Origin: Candidatus Zixiibacteriota bacterium
Lineage (GTDB): Bacteria; Zixibacteria; MSB-5A5; UM-FILTER-46-8
Assembly (NCBI GenBank): GCA_026983835.1
Contig: JALSTH010000033.1
Location: 1,213-65,212, forward strand
Direction: 5' to 3'
Length of the DNA stretch: 64,000 nucleotides
Positions 29,610 through 38,487 of the stretch are shown piece after piece. The notes under the pieces were generated by a model, which had not been told where the DNA came from, made no database searches, and saw only the letters and a program-made list of their open reading frames with translations. Each line of letters opens with the position of its first letter. The first letter of the stretch is position 1. The translations under genes and the position numbers were made by a program.

Positions 29610-31388
29610 TTACTTCATCAAAGTCATTCGCTTGGTGATGGTATTACCATTTGCGGAGAGCTTATAGAAATAAATTCCCGAGGTCATACCGGAAGCATCC
29701 CAAGTGAAAGTGTGTTCACCGGCACTAAGCTTACCATTAACCAACTCCGACACCTTCTGACCCAAGAGGTTGTAAATATCCAATTTAACATTGGAAGCTT
29801 TTTTGACAGTAAAGGTGATATTTGTGGTTGCATTGAATGGGTTCGGATAGTTCTGATTCAAAGCGAACTGCGAAGGCAATTCATTATCGCCATCTTCAAC
29901 ACCGGTTATAATAATATCAGAAACCGCAATGGCAAGGTATCTTACCGGGTTCTCGGTCTCGATGCCCTCATTCTGAGGAATACCACCCGCATCCTTATCC
30001 TCGATGAATTCTATATAAAGGGAATCATCAACCTTCTCAGCTAATGAGGACCAATGTTCACTATAGCAGTCACCCGGTAGGCACCCTTCCGAGTTGGTAT
30101 TGGTGATATTCACCGGGTCCGACCAGGTAACGCCATCATCGGTGGAATAAGCAAGATAAAGTTCACCATTGGAATAACCACCGGAAGAGACATCAAGGCT
30201 ATCGAAATTAGTCCAAAGAGCAAACAGATTTCCATTATCGTCAGCAGCAATAGACATCTTGGAAGCAGTATGGTTCCATGCGCCCGGATAAGAGAAATGC
30301 CAAGCATCGTAAACGAGGGTTTTGCCGGTAGCTTCGGACCAATGCCATAAATAGCAATTGGCAGGAGTCCAAGTACTATCCCAATACCCGTGTTCATTCC
30401 ATATTATGTGCAAATTGTCATTGTAATCGTAAATGGCGTCAACATCGGTGTAAGCACGCAAAGTATCTCCGGTGCTTGGGTTACGGTGATTGGTGATGTT
30501 AACGATATTACCATAATCCCAAGTAGTACCATCTGTGGATTCAATATAACCAACATCCTGATTCACCTGACCGGGAGCAGTCCCATCATCCGCCGGTAGA
30601 GTAAATACGATTGCCGATTTATCGCTAACCGGTGAAGAAGTTACTATCCCGGAAATATTGTACGCTTGGTCGTAATAAATCGCCGCATCGATCCAATTGC
30701 TTCCCATATCGGTGGAATATGTATGTCCTACTATACCGGCATCACCTGCGTTCACAGGTTCTGTTTCAGTAAGCTGCATGTTTCCCTGCCGGTCATAAGA
30801 GATATAGGGCCAATACATTGCCAGATAACCGGGGATTTTGTTATCAGGATATGTATCAGTAAACAAACCAAAACCGCAACCGGCATCAACGCCAACGATT
30901 ACCAAAGTATCGGTAGCGTAATGGTAAGCCACCAAAGCCGCACCTGTTGAATCCACAGCTAAAGTTGTATAACCATCCCGACTATTCGAGGAGGCGGCAG
31001 TTCCTTCACTCCCAAAACCGAGGTTGCCGTCAGGGTCTATATAGTTGTAATATATTTTTCGTTCGCCTGTCGAATTGGTGATACCACGCATCCAGCACAT
31101 ATGCACGCCGCAGTCAGCTTTGGCGATTCGATTACCAGTGGATCCGTTTGTCTGATAATCATAATAGGTCATACCGACGATAATCCCCGGGGAGTCCATC
31201 AATCCACTGTGGTGGTAAGGGATGGACGGACCGGAATAACTGTCCGTCATATTCAAATCCGGAATTTTGAAAACTGAATTTTTAACAGGTACTTTATAGG
31301 GAACACCCGCAAACACGGTCCCCATTGCAAGTAGTTCAAAAACTATTAAGAATAGTAAAATTTTTTTCAACATCTCATTGCTCCTCAA
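29610..31388 (-). CDS. BNR/Asp-box repeat protein with a T9SS CTD, a tandem paralog of 27533..29314 (592 aa)
   Basis: It shares these blocks with the neighbour: YYNxxDxxG, DNLHIIWN, EGCLPGDCxSxHWSSL, ETENPVxYL. Asp boxes (STDGTTW, STDDGVTW). CTD YPNPFNATTNITFTV...LDIYNLLGQKVSEL...GIYFYKLSANGNTITKRMTLMK. Confidence 0.8.
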   Translation of the reverse strand: MRSNEMLKKILLFLIVFELLAMGTVFAGVPYKVPVKNSVFKIPDLNMTDSYSGPSIPYHHSGLMDSPGIIVGMTYYDYQTNGSTGNRIAKADCGVHMCWMRGITNSTGERKIYYNYIDPDGNLGFGSEGTAASSNSRDGYTTLAVDSTGAALVAYHYATDTLVIVGVDAGCGFGLFTDTYPDNKIPGYLAMYWPYISYDRQGNMQLTETEPVNAGDAGIVGHTYSTDMGSNWIDAAIYYDQAYNISGIVTSSPVSDKSAIVFTLPADDGTAPGQVNQDVGYIESTDGTTWDYGNIVNITNHRNPSTGDTLRAYTDVDAIYDYNDNLHIIWNEHGYWDSTWTPANCYLWHWSEATGKTLVYDAWHFSYPGAWNHTASKMSIAADDNGNLFALWTNFDSLDVSSGGYSNGELYLAYSTDDGVTWSDPVNITNTNSEGCLPGDCYSEHWSSLAEKVDDSLYIEFIEDKDAGGIPQNEGIETENPVRYLAIAVSDIIITGVEDGDNELPSQFALNQNYPNPFNATTNITFTVKKASNVKLDIYNLLGQKVSELVNGKLSAGEHTFTWDASGMTSGIYFYKLSANGNTITKRMTLMK

Positions 31389-31460
31389 AATCTCAACATT
31401 ATCATATTAACAATCAATTGCTCCCATATGTCCGTTTAATCGTTCTTACAATCACCTCCT

Positions 31461-32300
31461 TTAAGTATCAAGTTCTTTTAATTTTGATTTATTATTATCC
31501 TTATTTTCAATATATTTGCTCGAAAAACAAGTTTCGTCGAATGTTATCCCAAATTCCTCCGAAAAGCTTTTCGCGATTCTATCTTCCAAAACTCTCTCGT
31601 CAATTAGGGATTCCTTCATAATTTGGGATAAATCCGTTATTGATTTTTCCAGCTTCTCCTTCAAAATCAAATATTTCCTCTCGCTGTCGAATCTTAAAAA
31701 ATCGATTATACGGGAAGTCCCGTAAACCAATTGAATACTACCTTGCTGGAGGAAGACATTTTTTTTGCTTCTCTGAGCTGATCCGACCAACTTCTTCCCA
31801 TAATAGGAGATTTCATCACCCGTAATCGCAGTAAAACAGGGACTTATCCCTTTTAGATTATAGCCCATCGGACGACGCTTATCCTCGAACCCTTCCTTAT
31901 CCGCTCCCAAGGAGATTAATGCTTCTACAATCCCACCGTGTATTTGAGCGCACCGTTTCCTGATCGACAGGGTTTGATTCCCATCAAATGTTGTAAACCC
32001 CACAACGCTGTAAGACAAATCATACCCGTGTAGCAGTTCTCTCCCGCCGGTAGGCCTTTTTGCGATATCCACCCCATATTTCCCGCATTTTTCGTAATCG
32101 ATAATCGATTCGATATTCCGCTGGTTCATTCCGTATGAAATCGTCGGTTTATCCCACAAAAAGAAGCGAAGAGTCGGCTTACCTTCACCGAAAAGTAATT
32201 TTTCAAAAAGCCACCGGTCAAAAGACATATTAAACTTACCGGGCAAGCGTTCGGCTTTAATCAACCTCCAACCGTAATTATGCGAATATTCCATTTCCAA
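31461..32300 (-). CDS. Lipoate-protein ligase / octanoyltransferase family protein (BPL/LPL catalytic domain)
   Basis: LplA/LipM-like N-terminal domain (RFFLWDKPTISYGMNQ...KRPTGGRELLHGYDLSYSV). The substrate lysine-binding motif is conserved. Confidence 0.65.
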   Translation of the reverse strand: MEMEYSHNYGWRLIKAERLPGKFNMSFDRWLFEKLLFGEGKPTLRFFLWDKPTISYGMNQRNIESIIDYEKCGKYGVDIAKRPTGGRELLHGYDLSYSVVGFTTFDGNQTLSIRKRCAQIHGGIVEALISLGADKEGFEDKRRPMGYNLKGISPCFTAITGDEISYYGKKLVGSAQRSKKNVFLQQGSIQLVYGTSRIIDFLRFDSERKYLILKEKLEKSITDLSQIMKESLIDERVLEDRIAKSFSEEFGITFDETCFSSKYIENKDNNKSKLKELDT

Positions 32301-32524
32301 AGAACAAATTATAGATTACAGGAAATCAATGAACAGTCCGTTCCAAATTATATCTGCCGGGTAAAATACTGTTGGGAGGATTTTTTCAATCAAGGCACAG
32401 TCCATAGTTTCAAGGTTTGTTTCGGTAAAAGCTTTTTCTCTCCTGCTTACAGCGTTCCCGAATATATTAGTCATAAAGTGAGGCAAAATCATCTCCTTGT
32501 CAAGTCGTTTTTCCGTTCCACCGA

Positions 32525-33298
32525 TTATATTATCTTTTCCTGCCTAAGCTTTGAAATTAACATTTCAGCTATTTCATCGGGAGAATCTCCCTGAATAATC
32601 TCTCCTGCGGGGCGAGGTGGAGGTTCCATCACTTCAAGTAATTTCGATGGTGATTCTGGGCCTACGATAGATTGCTCAACCCCCAAATCGGATAAACTCC
32701 AAAGTTCGATGGGAGCTTTTTTTGCTCTCATTTTCCCCTTCAGTGACGGAAGTCTCGGTTCGTTGATTTCCTTTACTACCGATAATACAATCGGGAGGTC
32801 TCCTTCAACTACATCATATCCATCATCGGTCGAACGCTCGGCGACAATTTTGGCATCTTTTAACTCCCGAATTTTCTTCACGAACAAAATCTGAGGCCAA
32901 GCCAAAAGCCCGCTGACCAAACCGGCAATGGAGGAAGCATCATTATCGACCGCTTGTTTTCCAAAAAGGACCATATTCACATCCCCCATTTTTTTTATAG
33001 CCTCGGACAATACCTTTGCGCTGGCATAGATATCGGATCCGTTCGCGTTATCATCCCAAATTCTATAAGCGGAATCAGCTCCCAAAGATAAGGCTTCCCG
33101 CAATGCGGATTCGCTGTCCTCCGGACCAAATGATATTACCCTTACTTCGCCACCAATCTTTTCTTTCAACCTGATACCTTCCTCAATGGCATACATATCG
33201 AAAGGATTCGTCATTCCATTTCCGGATATTATCTTACCGTCGTGAACGGAGACTTGGTCGATCTCGGGAACCTTCTTAACACAAACTACTATATTCAC
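32525..33298 (-). CDS. etfB: Electron-transfer flavoprotein beta subunit (FixA-like), with no adjacent alpha subunit
   Basis: MNIVVCVKKVPE...GGEVRVISFGPEDSESALREALSLGADSAYRI...VLFGKQAVDNDASSIAGLVSGLLAWPQ matches EtfB along its full length. Confidence 0.8.
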   Translation of the reverse strand: MNIVVCVKKVPEIDQVSVHDGKIISGNGMTNPFDMYAIEEGIRLKEKIGGEVRVISFGPEDSESALREALSLGADSAYRIWDDNANGSDIYASAKVLSEAIKKMGDVNMVLFGKQAVDNDASSIAGLVSGLLAWPQILFVKKIRELKDAKIVAERSTDDGYDVVEGDLPIVLSVVKEINEPRLPSLKGKMRAKKAPIELWSLSDLGVEQSIVGPESPSKLLEVMEPPPRPAGEIIQGDSPDEIAEMLISKLRQEKII

Positions 33299-33366
33299 TG
33301 TCTAAACTCCTCTCAATTTACAATACCTTACTATTAAAGCGCAAAATTAACAAATTACCATATATT

Positions 33367-34089
33367 TTATAAAATTTTCAATTTTTTCATTGCTGCTCGA
33401 GCCGCTTCTCTTTCAGCTTGCTTTTTGGTCCTTCCGCTCCCCGAACCGAGTTTTTCGCCGCGAATTTTAGCTACTACTTCAAATGTTTTCCGATGCTCAG
33501 GACCTTCCTCTTTCGCCACCTCATAATGTGGTACACCCATATTGTGCCCCTGAGTATATTCGAGCAACCGACCCTTGTAGTTAATGAACTCCGTATCGCC
33601 GATAAATTCCTTGTGGTTTTCGAGAATATGCCTATTGACCGCTTTTTGAGTCGGGATATAGCCCCCATCCAAATAAATCGCTCCCAAAACGGCTTCATAA
33701 GTATCCGCCAAAATGGTTTTCCGCTTTCTTCCGCCCGATTTTTCCTCAGCTTTACTCATTATAATGTACTCACCAAGGCCAATTCTCATTGCTATCTTGA
33801 ACAGGATGGCTTCGCTCACGAGCAATCCCTTTATCTTGGTTAGCTCGCCTTCGCGGTAGTTCGGGTAACTATTGTATAAAAACTCGGAAATTATCATACC
33901 CAAAATCGAATCCCCCAAGAATTCGAGTCTTTCATTGGATACGAAAGTATGGTTATCCACCATATTCTGAATCGAACGATGGGAAAGTGCGGTTATGAGC
34001 AGATCGTTATCTTTGAAATTATACCCAAATTCCCCTTGTAGTTTTGATAAGTCTCCGGGCGGATCAACCAATGGATTCATTTTTAACAA
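33367..34089 (-). CDS. rnc: Ribonuclease III
   Basis: RNase III signature ERLEFLGDSILG plus a C-terminal dsRBD. Confidence 0.9.
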   Translation of the reverse strand: MLKMNPLVDPPGDLSKLQGEFGYNFKDNDLLITALSHRSIQNMVDNHTFVSNERLEFLGDSILGMIISEFLYNSYPNYREGELTKIKGLLVSEAILFKIAMRIGLGEYIIMSKAEEKSGGRKRKTILADTYEAVLGAIYLDGGYIPTQKAVNRHILENHKEFIGDTEFINYKGRLLEYTQGHNMGVPHYEVAKEEGPEHRKTFEVVAKIRGEKLGSGSGRTKKQAEREAARAAMKKLKIL

Positions 34090-34117
34090 GTACGATAATC
34101 GAGTTTTTTTAGATAAT

Positions 34118-35359
34118 CTACTCGCGGTATTTCTCTAAGACGATTGTTGCGTTGTGTCCCCCGAAGCCGAAAGCGTTGGTCAATGCTATATTGATTTCTT
34201 TTTCGGTTACTTTATTCGGACTATAATCGAGATCGCATTTGGGGTCGGGGGTTTGATAATTTATAGTTGGATGGATTTTGTCATCCCTTATGCTTAAAGC
34301 GACGACTAAGGACTCCACGGCACCGGATGCCCCCAAGAGATGGCCAATAACCGATTTTGTGGAATTAATGGTCAGCTTATAAGCATAATCGCCGAAAACT
34401 TTTTTTATTGCGGATGTTTCCGATATATCTCCCAATGGAGTAGCCGTACCATGAGCATTAATATAATCGACCTCTTTCGGACTTATCCCGGCATCATCTA
34501 GTGCAGCCCTCATCGATAATACGGCACCCCTTCCCGTGGGATCGGGTGCGGTGATATGATATGCATCGGCAGACATCCCATAACCAACGATTTCGGCATA
34601 TATTTTCGCGCCGCGCTTTTTGGCGTATTGTAATTCTTCGATAATCAATATCCCCGCTCCTTCGCCGATAAGGAAACCATCCCTATTTTTATCGAACGGT
34701 TTGGAAGCTTTTTCCGGTTCCTCATTGTTGGTTGTAAGCGCTTTTGCCGAACAGAAACCGGCAACCGCTATGGGGATGATTGCTGCTTCGGTACCTCCGG
34801 TCATCATAATATCGGCTTCACCGTTTTGTATCAACCGAAACGCATTTCCCAAAGCATGAGCGCTGGAGGCACAGGCGGAGACCGTAGCGTAATTCGCTCC
34901 ATGTAAGTTATATTTCATGGATATCAAGCCCGCCGCCATATCCGAAATCATCATCGGGATAAAATACGGGGATATTCTCGAAGGACCTCGATTCAAGAGG
35001 ATTTCATATTGATGGGCGAATGTTTCAATTCCCCCTATTCCTGAGCCGATGATAGCTCCCGCCCTTTCGGAGTCAAATCCATCGGAGTTGAAACCGCTGT
35101 CTTTCACAGCTTCCTGTGAGGCTGCTAAAGCGTATTGCTGGGATACATCCAAATGTCGAAGTTCTTTCCTCTCGAAGTAATTCCTGCCATCAAATCCCTT
35201 TACTTCGGCAGCGATTTTTGTAGAGTAATCGGTGGTATCAAATCTCGAAATCTTACATCCGCCGGAACGACCTTCTAATAACCCCTGCCATAATTGTTGA
35301 ACATTCAACCCTAAAGGCGTTATAGCTCCTAATCCCGTTATTACAACTCTGCGCTTCAT
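34118..35359 (-). CDS. fabF: 3-oxoacyl-ACP synthase II
   Basis: KAS II active-site Cys (ATVSACASSAHAL), HGTATPLGD, GHLLGASGAVE. Confidence 0.95.
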   Translation of the reverse strand: MKRRVVITGLGAITPLGLNVQQLWQGLLEGRSGGCKISRFDTTDYSTKIAAEVKGFDGRNYFERKELRHLDVSQQYALAASQEAVKDSGFNSDGFDSERAGAIIGSGIGGIETFAHQYEILLNRGPSRISPYFIPMMISDMAAGLISMKYNLHGANYATVSACASSAHALGNAFRLIQNGEADIMMTGGTEAAIIPIAVAGFCSAKALTTNNEEPEKASKPFDKNRDGFLIGEGAGILIIEELQYAKKRGAKIYAEIVGYGMSADAYHITAPDPTGRGAVLSMRAALDDAGISPKEVDYINAHGTATPLGDISETSAIKKVFGDYAYKLTINSTKSVIGHLLGASGAVESLVVALSIRDDKIHPTINYQTPDPKCDLDYSPNKVTEKEINIALTNAFGFGGHNATIVLEKYRE

Positions 35360-35398
35360 TACAACCTCAGCCTTACCGCTTATAAAACAAATTAATCT

Positions 35399-35456
35399 TC
35401 CTTCGCGAAAAACCGTAACCGGTTTTTCGCGAAGGGTCCCTGCTCATACCGGGACC
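35399..35456 (-). terminator. Strong stem-loop or attenuator between acpP and fabF
   Basis: A 17-bp perfect inverted repeat cccttcgcgaaaaaccg-taac-cggtttttcgcgaaggg, plus a second short hairpin ggtccc...gggacc. A modest U-run follows on the minus strand. Confidence 0.45.
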
Positions 35457-35465
35457 GCAGTTCTA

Positions 35466-35708
35466 CTAATTCGCTGGGGCGTGCTCTTTTATATAATTAA
35501 TGGCGTCCGAGACCTTAGTGATTTTTTCAGCATCTTCATCAGGAATCTGTATCCCAAATTCCTCTTCCAACGCCATAACCAATTCTACGGTATCCAAAGA
35601 GTCAGCGCCAAGATCATCAAGGAATGATGCACCCTCTTTCACCTGCTCCGGATCAACACCCAATTGTTCGACGATAATATCCTTTACTTTTTGTTCTACT
35701 TCTGACAC
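35466..35708 (-). CDS. acpP: Acyl carrier protein
   Basis: [20 protein letters not shown] phosphopantetheine-attachment motif; 80 aa. Confidence 0.95.
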   Translation of the reverse strand: MSEVEQKVKDIIVEQLGVDPEQVKEGASFLDDLGADSLDTVELVMALEEEFGIQIPDEDAEKITKVSDAINYIKEHAPAN

Positions 35709-35754
35709 CTTTACACCTCTCCTTTAATTTAGGTTATCTCGAGTGATTTATTTG

Positions 35755-36495
35755 CTACATAAAATATCCGCCGTCAACCACCAAAACCTGCCCCGTCATA
35801 TATGAAGCTTCCTCTGCGGCAAAAAATGTTACGGCATACGCCACATCTTCGGGTTTTCCGGCTCTTTTAATCGACATATTGGCTAAATACTGTTCCTTAT
35901 TTTGGGATGGTAAACTTGCGGTCATCTCGGTTTCTATAAAGCCGGGAGCTACGGTATTTACCGTAATCCCCCTGATGCCTAATTCCCGCGCCGCCGATTT
36001 GGTAAGCCCTATAACACCGGCTTTGGAAGCGCAATAATTTCCCTGTCCAGGGTTTCCTCCCAACGCCACCATAGAGCTTATATTTACAATCCTCCCATAC
36101 CGAGCCTTGAGCATCAGCCTGCCCGCCTCACGCATACAGAGGAATGTCCCTTTCAAATTAATATCCAATACTCTATCCCAATCGTTTTCGCTCAATTTTA
36201 TCAAAAGTTTATCGATGATTATTCCGGCATTGTTGACAAGTATATCAAGCTTTCCTCCTTCGGAAACCCTTTTGAAAAGCTCTTTCACCTGTTTCTCATC
36301 GCTTACATCTGTTTTATAAGCAACCGCACGATTTCCCGAAGAGCTCAATTTCTCCGCCGCCTTACGGGCGCCGGCCTCATCGATATCGGTTATTATGGTC
36401 TCTTCAGCGCCTAACTGATTAAACCGTTGCGCAATAGAATAACCTATTCCTCTTGCACCACCAGTAATTAAAACTCTTTTCCCTTGAAAGTCCAT
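35755..36495 (-). CDS. fabG: 3-oxoacyl-ACP reductase
   Basis: SDR motifs TGGARGIG, NAG, and YCASKAG. Confidence 0.9.
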   Translation of the reverse strand: MDFQGKRVLITGGARGIGYSIAQRFNQLGAEETIITDIDEAGARKAAEKLSSSGNRAVAYKTDVSDEKQVKELFKRVSEGGKLDILVNNAGIIIDKLLIKLSENDWDRVLDINLKGTFLCMREAGRLMLKARYGRIVNISSMVALGGNPGQGNYCASKAGVIGLTKSAARELGIRGITVNTVAPGFIETEMTASLPSQNKEQYLANMSIKRAGKPEDVAYAVTFFAAEEASYMTGQVLVVDGGYFM

Positions 36496-36512
36496 AATAA
36501 TCTATCCTCTAA

Positions 36513-37475
36513 TTACGATTTTATATCCGCCTTTTCGGAAAACAATTCCCTTATAGTTTTCAATTTTTCGGGTTTTTCAAATGATGCCAACTTCGCCCCT
36601 TTGATGATTCTTTTTATCAGACCTTGAAGGACATTGCCGGGACCGACCTCAATGAAAGTACTGACTCCTTGCGCCGATAGATATTCGATGCTCTGTTTCC
36701 ATAAAACAGGTGATTGTATCTGCCGGATTAAATAATCCGATATAGGATGGCCATCGGCGTAAAACTCTCCCGTGACATTAGCCACTATGGGGAATTGCAA
36801 AGTTTTGAAATCGATCTCGCTTAAAACCTTGTCAAGCCTTTTCGGAGTGGAACTCATCAGGGGAGAATGATATGCCCCGCCGACAGCTATTTTCACGACC
36901 CTTTTCGCTCCGTAGTCCTTAGCCTTTTTGATGAACTCATCCACAGCCCTAACCTCGCCGGATACTACAATTTGGGAGGGAGAATTAAAATTGGCGGGCT
37001 GAACTATACCGTCTATACTATCGCATATCTCATTTATCTTGTCGATGTCCATACCCACAACCGCAGCCATAGTTCCCGGATTATTATCGCAATCGTCCCT
37101 CATAGCCCTGCTCCGTTCCACAACTATGCGCAATCCTTCCTCGAATGAAATTGATTCGGAGCTAACGAGGGCGGATATCTCCCCCAAACTATGTCCGGCG
37201 GCAAAATCAGGCCTCAATCCCGCCTCGGATAGATATCTATCCGCTATGCAGGAGTGGACGAAAATAGCCGGTTGGGTGAAATCGGTCTGTACCAAAACTT
37301 CCTCAGGACCTTTTAGGCATATTTCCTTCAAATCCCTGCCGAGAATTGAAGATGCCGCCGCAAACATTTCTTCCGCGGGAGGGTATTCCATCAAAAATTC
37401 GCTTCCCATCCCCACATATTGAGATGCCTGTCCGGGGAATACAAATGCTAATTTTGAACCTATGTCCTCACCCAA
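36513..37475 (-). CDS. fabD: Malonyl-CoA:ACP transacylase. The probable TTG start at 37475 has a GGAGGA RBS 5 nt upstream. The track ORF extends to 37574 and overlaps fabH2.
   Basis: FVFPGQASQYVGMG and GHSLGE active-site motifs. The RBS lies immediately after the fabH2 stop codon. Confidence 0.9.
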   Translation of the reverse strand: MGEDIGSKLAFVFPGQASQYVGMGSEFLMEYPPAEEMFAAASSILGRDLKEICLKGPEEVLVQTDFTQPAIFVHSCIADRYLSEAGLRPDFAAGHSLGEISALVSSESISFEEGLRIVVERSRAMRDDCDNNPGTMAAVVGMDIDKINEICDSIDGIVQPANFNSPSQIVVSGEVRAVDEFIKKAKDYGAKRVVKIAVGGAYHSPLMSSTPKRLDKVLSEIDFKTLQFPIVANVTGEFYADGHPISDYLIRQIQSPVLWKQSIEYLSAQGVSTFIEVGPGNVLQGLIKRIIKGAKLASFEKPEKLKTIRELFSEKADIKS

Positions 37476-37485
37476 GAAAGTCCTC

Positions 37486-38487
37486 CTAATTCCATCTAAA
37501 TAATACGGCTCCCCAGGAAAAGCCCGAGCCAAAAGAAACCCCCAACAACAAATCCCCTTTGCCAATTCTACCATCTTTGACGGCTTCGTTCAAAGCTAAG
37601 GGAATGGTGGCGGAGGATGTGTTCCCGTAGCGATCTATATTAACCAACACCTTATCCATCGGGAAGCCCGATCTTTTGGCGGTGGCTTCAATAATTCTTA
37701 TATTGGCTTGATGCGGGATTAGATACTTAACATCATCGGGCGTATATCCCGAATCCTTCAAGACTTTTTTTGCCGAATCCACCATTGACTTGACGGCATA
37801 TTTATAAACCTCGTTCCCAGCCATTTTGACATACAGCGGAATCGGGTCTTTTTCTAAAGATACGGGAACCCTTTGCCGCATTCCGGGCAGATAAAGCAAG
37901 TTTCCCAGTGAACCATCACCGCCCGTGTATGATTGGATGATGCCCCCATCCTCTTCCGAGGCGGAAACGACGACAGCGCCGGCTCCGTCCCCGAACAATA
38001 TACAGGTTCCTCTATCGGTATAATCAACCACCTTGGTCGTTGTCTCTGCGCCGATGACCAGAATATTTTTCGCTAAGTCCGCTTTGATGTAAGCGTTCGC
38101 CGTATTCAATCCATATAGAAATCCCGGGCAGGCAGCTCCCAAATCGAATGCGCCTGCATTCTTCGCCCCCGTGTAATATTGAATCATACTGGCGATGGAA
38201 GGCATTGTTGTATCGCCGGTAACGGTGGCGCAGATGATTAAATCGATATCCTCCGGGTCCATTCCGGAATGTTCAATAGCCTTTTTTGAAGCCTCTATAG
38301 CCAAGTCGGATACCCATTCGTCATCGTCGGATTTATGCCTTTCCTTAATTCCGGCTCTGGTTTCAATCCATTCCGAGTCGGTATCCACCATTTTTTCGAG
38401 GTCGGCGTTGGTCAGTACATTTTTGGGAACAGCTGCGCCGACTCCTATCAGATGTGCATAATTCACTATTAGCCCTCTCCGATTCAA
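37486..38487 (-). CDS. fabH: 3-oxoacyl-ACP synthase III (KAS III), copy 2, in the canonical plsX-fabH-fabD context
   Basis: DLGAACPGFLYGL and HQANIRII motifs; C-terminus GFSWGAVLFRWN. Confidence 0.9.
   Translation of the reverse strand: MNRRGLIVNYAHLIGVGAAVPKNVLTNADLEKMVDTDSEWIETRAGIKERHKSDDDEWVSDLAIEASKKAIEHSGMDPEDIDLIICATVTGDTTMPSIASMIQYYTGAKNAGAFDLGAACPGFLYGLNTANAYIKADLAKNILVIGAETTTKVVDYTDRGTCILFGDGAGAVVVSASEEDGGIIQSYTGGDGSLGNLLYLPGMRQRVPVSLEKDPIPLYVKMAGNEVYKYAVKSMVDSAKKVLKDSGYTPDDVKYLIPHQANIRIIEATAKRSGFPMDKVLVNIDRYGNTSSATIPLALNEAVKDGRIGKGDLLLGVSFGSGFSWGAVLFRWN

Noticed and set aside
36513-37574. Long version of fabD overlapping fabH2 by 88 nt
   Set aside because: A GGAGGA RBS and an in-frame TTG at 37475, just after the fabH2 stop, give a FabD N-terminus (LGEDIGSKLAFVFPGQ) matching homologs. 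The extended ORF is probably read-through of the frame.
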